Positions 58,275-64,000 of a DNA stretch of 64,000 nt are shown in pieces. Location of the stretch: the NCBI GenBank assembly GCA_001593685.1, contig LUKI01000003.1:7384-71383 (forward strand), read 5' to 3'. The DNA is from Gammaproteobacteria bacterium F7. GTDB lineage: Bacteria > Pseudomonadota > Gammaproteobacteria > Pseudomonadales > IMCC2047. Made by a program: the position numbers and the translations under genes. Position 1 is the first letter of the stretch, and each line of letters starts with the position of its first letter. The notes beneath the pieces are model-generated. The model was not told the origin of the DNA. It saw nothing but the letters and a program-made list of their open reading frames with translations, and searched no databases.

Positions 58275-58754
58275 ATGATCATCACGGGCAAGGTCGTGGC
58301 TACCCTGCATTACACCGCCACCGACGATAACGGCCAACAAGTCGACGCGTCCCCAGAATGGGAGCCGCTGACTTATATGCATAACACCCACGGCCTCTTG
58401 CCAGGCCTGGAAAAAGCCCTCGAAGGTCACAAAGCCGGTGATCAGCTACAGGTCACCGTCCAGCCAGAGGACGGTTATGGCCAGCCAGATGCCGAACTTA
58501 TTCACAAAGTACCGCTGACCGCATTTGCCGATGTGGGTCCATTAGAGGTCGGCATGCAGTTTGAACTTGAAAGTGAAGAAGGCCATGGCGAGCAGTTCAC
58601 CGTTACCGCTATTGATGGTGATGAGGTCACCATTGATGCCAACCACTCGCTGGCCGGCAAAGTACTGCATTTTGATGTGCGTATTGAAAGCCTGCGCGAA
58701 GCCACCAGTCTGGAGCTCGAAGTGGGTCACCCGCTCGAAGGTATTCTCGAATAA
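58275..58754 (+). CDS. slyD: FKBP-type peptidyl-prolyl cis-trans isomerase (SlyD-like, without a His-rich tail)
   Basis: ...V.LHYT..DD.G...D.S....PL.Y.HG...L.PGLE.AL.GHKAGD...V.V.PEDGYG...FDV.I...REAT..E...GH. Confidence 0.82.
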   Translation: MIITGKVVATLHYTATDDNGQQVDASPEWEPLTYMHNTHGLLPGLEKALEGHKAGDQLQVTVQPEDGYGQPDAELIHKVPLTAFADVGPLEVGMQFELESEEGHGEQFTVTAIDGDEVTIDANHSLAGKVLHFDVRIESLREATSLELEVGHPLEGILE

Positions 58755-58792
58755 CAAAATCAACCGTCATTTAAGGTAATTCACAAACAACA

Positions 58793-59542
58793 ATGAACGA
58801 ACTAAAAGAACTTTTTCAAAAAAATCGCGAGTGGGCCGCCGCTATCGTTAAAGAGCAGCCCGACTTCTTCGAGCAGCTATCACAACAACAGGCTCCCGAG
58901 TACCTGTGGATTGGCTGTTCTGACTCTCGAGTACCCGCCAACGAAATTCTTGGATTAATGCCCGGTGAGATCTTTGTCCACCGTAATGTTGCCAACCTCG
59001 TTGTTCATACTGACCTCAACTGCCTATCGGTCATTCAGTTCGCTGTTGAGGTGCTCAAGGTCAAGCATGTCATCGTGGTAGGTCATTATGGCTGTGGCGG
59101 CGTTAAGGCCGCGGTATTAAATGAAAAACACGGCCTTATTGACAGCTGGTTGCAGCATATTCAGGATGTACATAGCAAACACAAACCCTTTTTAGATGAA
59201 CTGGAAAGCGAAAGCCGCCTCCATAACTATATGTGTGAACTGAATGTGTTAGAAGGTATGAAAAATGTCTGCCGCACCAACATTATTCAGGATGCCTGGG
59301 CGCGCAAGCAGCCACTTTCCGTGCACGGCTGGATTTATGGTTTAAGCGATGGGCTATTGCGTAACCTGTCAGAATGCTTTTCAAGCCCGGAAGATATTGA
59401 GCCCAACTACGACGCTGCAATCGCTGAAATCAAAAAACGCGTCAATGCCTCCGTTCAAAAAGATAAAGCGGCCCGTGGAAATGCTCAGATAGTAGACCAG
59501 AGCAAATCACCAGCCTCTAACGATCAAGCCACCAACTCATAA
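58793..59542 (+). CDS. can: Beta-class carbonic anhydrase
   Basis: ...PEYLWIGCSDSRVPANEI...VVGHYGCGGVKAA... zinc-ligand motifs, with a C-terminal extension. Confidence 0.9.
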   Translation: MNELKELFQKNREWAAAIVKEQPDFFEQLSQQQAPEYLWIGCSDSRVPANEILGLMPGEIFVHRNVANLVVHTDLNCLSVIQFAVEVLKVKHVIVVGHYGCGGVKAAVLNEKHGLIDSWLQHIQDVHSKHKPFLDELESESRLHNYMCELNVLEGMKNVCRTNIIQDAWARKQPLSVHGWIYGLSDGLLRNLSECFSSPEDIEPNYDAAIAEIKKRVNASVQKDKAARGNAQIVDQSKSPASNDQATNS

Positions 59543-59561
59543 CCTCTAACTCCTATTGATA

Positions 59562-59984
59562 ATGCTGACTGCACTGCTGACATCCTCTCTGCTCGTTATG
59601 TTAGCAGTGCTGGTGCACTACGAAATGCTTACGCGACTGTCACAGTTGCTGCCGAAAATTAATATCCGCCACCGCCTCAGGCTGGTGGTAGCGGTATTAG
59701 GCACCATGATTGCCCACGTCATTGAAATCTGGATTTTCGGTATTGGCTACTATTTGCTTATCGCCAGCGAACAAATTGGTACACTCACCGGCAATTTTAC
59801 CGGGTCATTGTTAGATTGCGGCTACCACTCTTTTGTCACATACACCTCGCTGGGATTCGGCGACATTATTCCCACCGATTACCTACGCTTTGTTACTGGT
59901 ATTGAAGCCCTGGCTGGATTGGTACTGATTGCCTGGACAGCCTCCTTCGTCTATGTTGAGATGAGACGTTTTTGGGATAATTAA
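59562..59984 (+). CDS. Small two-TM potassium-channel-like protein (Ion_trans_2)
   Basis: The pore segment ...FVTYTSLGFGDIIP... resembles the K+ selectivity-filter region. I prefer the ATG at 59562; the track uses a TTG at 59556. Confidence 0.72.
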   Translation: MLTALLTSSLLVMLAVLVHYEMLTRLSQLLPKINIRHRLRLVVAVLGTMIAHVIEIWIFGIGYYLLIASEQIGTLTGNFTGSLLDCGYHSFVTYTSLGFGDIIPTDYLRFVTGIEALAGLVLIAWTASFVYVEMRRFWDN

Positions 59985-60004
59985 CAGGTTTCCAGGAGTT
60001 CATC

Positions 60005-60793
60005 ATGCACCACTCATTTGTGCGAAGCGGTTTTTGTTCACTTGCGCTACTTTTCTGCACGTCGCTATCCGCAGAAATCCAAACGCAAGAGATCCACTAC
60101 CTGCATAACAATACGCCATTAAAGGGCTACCTAAGCTGGGATGACAGTATCGAAGGCAAACGGCCGGGTGTGCTCGTTGTTCACGAGTGGTGGGGATTAA
60201 ACGATTATGCGCGCGAGCGAACGCGTATGTTGGCAGATTTAGGCTATGTCGCCTTCGCGGTCGATATGTATGGCAAAGACCAAATCACAAAACACCCAGA
60301 GCAGGCAAACGCCTGGATGTCAAAAATCACCGAGAATGTGGACACCTGGCAGCAACGTGCACAACTCGGGCTGGATCAACTGAAGGGTCACGAACTGGTC
60401 GATGAGGAAAAAACCGCTGCCATTGGTTATTGCTTTGGCGGCGCAACGGTCATGCAACTTGCCTATAGTGGTGCCGATATTGACGGCGTAGTGAGCTTTC
60501 ACGGTTCTCTGCCAGCCGCAACGCCTGCCCAATATGACAATATCAACGCCAAGATTCTCGCCGCCCATGGTCACGCTGACCCCTTTGTTTCCGCTGAGCA
60601 GGTAGGCGCCTTTAAGCAATCACTGGAAGCGGCCCATGCTGACTGGCAATTACTTAGCTTTGGCGGCGTTAAGCACAGCTTCACCAACCCCAATTCGAGT
60701 ATTTATGGGCTGGACGCACTGGCCTATGATGAAGATGCTGATCGCCGTTCCTGGCAAGCGATGCAAAATTTCTTTTCCGAAATTTTTCGCTAA
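60005..60793 (+). CDS. Dienelactone hydrolase family protein (secreted)
   Basis: Signal peptide; ...GVLVVHEWWGLNDY...GYCFGG...HG..DP.V. Confidence 0.88.
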   Translation: MHHSFVRSGFCSLALLFCTSLSAEIQTQEIHYLHNNTPLKGYLSWDDSIEGKRPGVLVVHEWWGLNDYARERTRMLADLGYVAFAVDMYGKDQITKHPEQANAWMSKITENVDTWQQRAQLGLDQLKGHELVDEEKTAAIGYCFGGATVMQLAYSGADIDGVVSFHGSLPAATPAQYDNINAKILAAHGHADPFVSAEQVGAFKQSLEAAHADWQLLSFGGVKHSFTNPNSSIYGLDALAYDEDADRRSWQAMQNFFSEIFR

Positions 60794-60824
60794 CTAGTCG
60801 CTTCAGCATTCCACTCAATTAGGC

Positions 60825-62132
60825 TTAAAGCGCTAATAATCCCTGCTGCCGGGCCACTCCACGCAGCAGGTGATAGGCCACCAGCGCCGCAATGATATTA
60901 GCCAACCCAGCGCCCACAAACATCCCCGTCGCACCGGCCAACTGAAAACCAATAAACGCTAATGGTACATAAAGCACCAGCAGTCTAATCAGCGTTGTCA
61001 GTAGCGCTAACTTTGGCCGTTTCAGCACGTTTAAACAGACCATAATTAAAATGACGACCCCATGTGCACCATAGGTTAAGGGCAAAATGAGCAGAAATGC
61101 GCGAATCACCTCAATAACCCGCTCGTCACTACTGAATGCTGAGGCAATAAACTGCGATCCCAGCAGCAGCAACAGATAAACAGCAGCCTGAAAAAACAGG
61201 CTAAAACGCAGACCAATCAATAACGCTGAATAAGCACGCTGTGGCTTGCCCGCACCAATATTCTGGCCGATAAACATGGGCAATACCGACGACAGCGCAA
61301 AAACCAGAATTAGAGCAACCGATTCAATCCGGCTACCAACACCAAAACCGGCCACAGACTCAGGCCCTGACTGCGCGATAATGGCCGTTAAGATCGCCGC
61401 CGCAACCGGCGTCATAATATTCGAGCCCATGGCCGGTAAGGCAATAACCAATAGGCGCCGCCAATTTGCAACGAGCGCAGATAAACCAGGCCAGCAGAGC
61501 AATAATAGTTTTTCTTTGTGCCAAATGGTCAACAACGAAATAAACCAGGTTAACAACACCGCCAGTAAAGTCGCCAACGCGGCCCCTGCTACCCCCATTG
61601 CCGGCAACGGCCCTACGCCAAAAATCAGCAATGGATCAAAGATGGCGTTACTCACTGCCAGCAGCGTTGATAACCAGGCAGATGCTTTGACATTACCAAT
61701 GGCTCGAAATGCATTATTAGTCACCAGAATCAACATGAGAAAAGGAGCGCCTAATAACCAGTAATGCATATAGCTTTTAATATCGGGCATCACCTCACTG
61801 GTCGCACCTAATAACTTAAAAATTGGCTCAATCAGCCCAAAGCCCATTAACGCCAGGACCAAACCTACACAGAACGTAAACAGCTGGGTATCAGTAATCA
61901 GTCGTGCAGCATGCTCATGCTTTCCGGCACCAATCAAACGCGACACCAACGCACCTAACGACATCCCAATACCCAATCCGGCGCTAATCACCGTAAAGGT
62001 CACCGGCAGAGTAAAACTGACCGCCGCCAAGGGGCCAGTACCAAGCAGTGCTACAAAATAACTATCAACCAAGCCCAGCAACATCATTGAGATGATGGCC
62101 AACAACATTGGGATGGTTAATTTAACCAGCAA
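60825..62132 (-). CDS. MATE family efflux transporter (N-terminal boundary uncertain)
   Basis: 12-TM protein; ...LVKLTIPMLLAIISMMLLGLVDSYFV... is a MATE N-terminal motif. The frame stays open upstream to 62210 without a canonical start (see findings). Confidence 0.85.
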   Translation of the reverse strand: MLVKLTIPMLLAIISMMLLGLVDSYFVALLGTGPLAAVSFTLPVTFTVISAGLGIGMSLGALVSRLIGAGKHEHAARLITDTQLFTFCVGLVLALMGFGLIEPIFKLLGATSEVMPDIKSYMHYWLLGAPFLMLILVTNNAFRAIGNVKASAWLSTLLAVSNAIFDPLLIFGVGPLPAMGVAGAALATLLAVLLTWFISLLTIWHKEKLLLLCWPGLSALVANWRRLLVIALPAMGSNIMTPVAAAILTAIIAQSGPESVAGFGVGSRIESVALILVFALSSVLPMFIGQNIGAGKPQRAYSALLIGLRFSLFFQAAVYLLLLLGSQFIASAFSSDERVIEVIRAFLLILPLTYGAHGVVILIMVCLNVLKRPKLALLTTLIRLLVLYVPLAFIGFQLAGATGMFVGAGLANIIAALVAYHLLRGVARQQGLLAL

Positions 62133-62233
62133 CGGTCCGATGGGGTCTGTCGTGATCGCCTGAACACGCTGTTGGGCTTTAACTCGGATAATGAACTCCT
62201 TATCTAAAGATTAATCAGCTAAGGGTATTACCC

Positions 62234-63109
62234 TTAGCCAATGTCCTTAGCTTGCAATCGGGCAAGCAGGCTCGAAGTATCCCAGCGACCTCCGCCCATA
62301 GACTGCACATCACCATAAAACTGGTCGACAAGCTCAGTCACCGGCAGCTCAATGCCGTTGTTTTTTGCTTCACTCAGGGCCATGCCCAAATCCTTGCGCA
62401 TCCAGTCGACTGCAAAGCCGAAGTCGTACTCCCCTCTCAGCATACTTTGATGACGGTTTTCCATTTGCCAGGAGCTCGCCGCGCCATTACATAGAACAGA
62501 CATTACAGCGTTGCCATTCAAGCCCGCTGCCTCTGCAAAATGCAGACCCTCCGCCAATGACTCAATCAAGCCGGCAACACAGATCTGGTTAACCATCTTG
62601 GTCAACTGACCACTTCCCACCGGCCCCATCAATTTGACCGTTTTGCCATACACATCCAGAACCACAGCCCCATGAACAAAGTCTGTCGGTGTCCCACCAA
62701 CCATAATGGTCAACTCTCCACTTTCGGCACCAGCCTGTCCCCCGGAAACCGGGGCATCCATGAAGTTAAAACCGCGTTCTCGCGCTTCCCTATCCAGCTC
62801 GCGCGCAAGATCCGCCGATGCCGTTGTATGATCAATGAATAAAGTCCCTTTTCGCATGGCATCAAAGGCGCCATTCTCGCCTAATAAAATCTCGCGTAAA
62901 TGGTCATCATTACCGACACAGGAGACAACCACGTCGGCTTCCTTCACAGCGGCAGCGGGTGTTGGCGCCAGGGTGCCCGGATACTGTTCCATCCACTTTA
63001 GAACTCGCTCCTTGGTCCGATTAAATACCGTCATTTCGATGCCTGAATGGGCCAAGTGTCCCGCCATGGGGTAACCCATCACGCCTAATCCTAAAAATGC
63101 AACTTTCAT
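62234..63109 (-). CDS. NAD(P)-dependent oxidoreductase of the 3-hydroxyisobutyrate dehydrogenase (MmsB/GarR) family
   Basis: MKVAFLGLGVMGYPMAGHL... Rossmann fold plus ...DAPVSGG..GAE.G.L.IMVGG. Confidence 0.88.
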   Translation of the reverse strand: MKVAFLGLGVMGYPMAGHLAHSGIEMTVFNRTKERVLKWMEQYPGTLAPTPAAAVKEADVVVSCVGNDDHLREILLGENGAFDAMRKGTLFIDHTTASADLARELDREARERGFNFMDAPVSGGQAGAESGELTIMVGGTPTDFVHGAVVLDVYGKTVKLMGPVGSGQLTKMVNQICVAGLIESLAEGLHFAEAAGLNGNAVMSVLCNGAASSWQMENRHQSMLRGEYDFGFAVDWMRKDLGMALSEAKNNGIELPVTELVDQFYGDVQSMGGGRWDTSSLLARLQAKDIG

Positions 63110-63118
63110 AAAACTACC

Positions 63119-63592
63119 TTAATAATCAGAGCCCGACTGGGCGTATTTAATCTGTTCAAAACTAAAGCCACGCTGTGCCAGAAAACGCTGCTGCTTAGCG
63201 CGACTCTTGGCATCATTCTCTGGACTTGTTCCGTATTTCTTTTCAAAGGCTAACCTAGCCTGCTCAAACCAGTCATTATCGTGAGCCGCCATATACTGTG
63301 CAATCAATTGATCACAAACACCGCGGTCTTTTAACTCTGCACGTACGCGAACCGGCCCATAGCCGCTATTCGCCCGCATACGCACGAATGCTTCACAAAA
63401 TCGCTCATCATCCAGCAGGTGATCCTCGATGAGTCGATCAAGTACAGTGTCCAACAACTCCATATTCTCCACCCGTGTTTGCAACTTGCGCACTAATTCC
63501 AAACGGGAGTGTTCGCGTCGTGCCAGCAGATTCATGGCGGCAAAACGGATATCAGCGGATGTTTCTAAAATTTTGCTGCTTTTGCTTTTCAT
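63119..63592 (-). CDS. recX: Recombination regulator RecX
   Basis: ...AAMNLLARREHSRLEL..KL...; a three-repeat helical protein of 157 aa, immediately downstream of recA. Confidence 0.9.
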   Translation of the reverse strand: MKSKSSKILETSADIRFAAMNLLARREHSRLELVRKLQTRVENMELLDTVLDRLIEDHLLDDERFCEAFVRMRANSGYGPVRVRAELKDRGVCDQLIAQYMAAHDNDWFEQARLAFEKKYGTSPENDAKSRAKQQRFLAQRGFSFEQIKYAQSGSDY

Positions 63593-63811
63593 TTTTCTAG
63601 AGCGTCAGTTTAATTTAGCCACGCATCTGTGGAACTCGGTCTGCGCCGGGTGGCGTAGGAGAAATAAATACAATGTGGATTCTAACCTACGTCAGAATAG
63701 CGTCTTTGGAGAACACCTTTCCCCAAAACAAAAAACGGCAAGCCGAAGCCTACCGTTTTCTCATCAAATCGCCACACCTATTGCAGGTTAGAACTCAACT
63801 TCTTCAATACC

Positions 63812-63867
63812 TTCGTCCGCCACTGGTGTGACATTACCTTTCGTCCGCCACTGGTGTGACATTACCT
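63812..63867. repeat. Perfect 2 x 28-bp tandem direct duplication inside the recA 3' end
   Basis: ttcgtccgccactggtgtgacattacct occurs at 63812-63839 and again at 63840-63867 with no mismatch. Confidence 0.95.
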
Positions 63868-64000
63868 AGCAATGCGGCACGAATCTGACCTTCAATTTCT
63901 TCTGCGACAGCTGGATTATCATTCAGAAACTGCGCCGCATTAGCTTTACCCTGACCAATTTTATCGCCCTGATAGCTGTACCAAGCACCCGCTTTACCAA
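63834..64000 (-). CDS. recA: RecA, C-terminal 55 codons (the gene continues past the window end); the reading frame is altered by a 28-bp tandem duplication
   Basis: My translation of the minus strand gives [54 protein letters not shown]. The stop is at 63836-63834. Without the duplicated copy, the frame would read ...ADEGIEEVEF* and end at 63788. Confidence 0.85.
   Translation of the reverse strand, partial: GKAGAWYSYQGDKIGQGKANAAQFLNDNPAVAEEIEGQIRAALLGNVTPVADER

Noticed and set aside
61246-61764. 172-aa plus-strand ORF
   Set aside because: It is antisense to the MATE transporter and is a shadow frame.
1-64000. Search for tRNA, rRNA, tmRNA, riboswitch or transposase/IS signatures
   Set aside because: Reading the intergenic regions, I found no tRNA-like T-arm/acceptor patterns, no rRNA and no IS-type inverted repeats or transposase ORFs. 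A computational scan (tRNAscan-SE, Infernal/Rfam, ISEScan) would be needed to exclude small RNAs.

Overview
This is a gammaproteobacterial chromosomal segment. Most of it is housekeeping or core-like genes. These include an RND efflux pair, yciB/yciI, and an argG-motY-pyrC-rnt-peroxiredoxin-grxD block whose order, from memory, matches the Pseudomonas aeruginosa PA3525-PA3533 region. Also present are argD-argF, tex, a RegB/RegA-type two-component system, bioA, cysH, rhlE, slyD, a beta-carbonic anhydrase, a MATE pump, and recX plus the recA 3' end. The clear accessory element is a chromosomal integron at 40277-47229. It has a minus-strand intI with a canonical LexA box in front of it, an attI core GTTATGT, and nine cassettes bounded by attC sites that I delimited by hand (5' arm xxxTAACAA, 3' arm GCGTTAxxx). 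Cassette cargo comprises a YjaB-like GNAT, a Vat-type streptogramin A acetyltransferase, two antisense-oriented ORFs, three small membrane or zinc-ribbon proteins, and two secreted proteins sharing a 4-Cys module. Other points of interest are listed below.
- A perfect 28-bp tandem duplication frameshifts the last codons of recA.
- A translationally coupled DUF785 protease-like / inactive-transglutaminase-7TM / RimK-like ATP-grasp operon lies at 17954-21266.
- A cytoplasmic GGT sits divergent to a GCS2-like ligase and an AstE/AspA-like deacylase.
- A trio of periplasmic PBP-like protein, outer-membrane barrel and GGDEF-EAL sensor lies at 48174-52680.
- A stand-alone lpxA-like gene sits between a SelW-like gene and a rubredoxin gene.
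I found no rRNA, tRNA or CRISPR array. All homology calls come from reading the translations and from memory of protein families. No searches were run.
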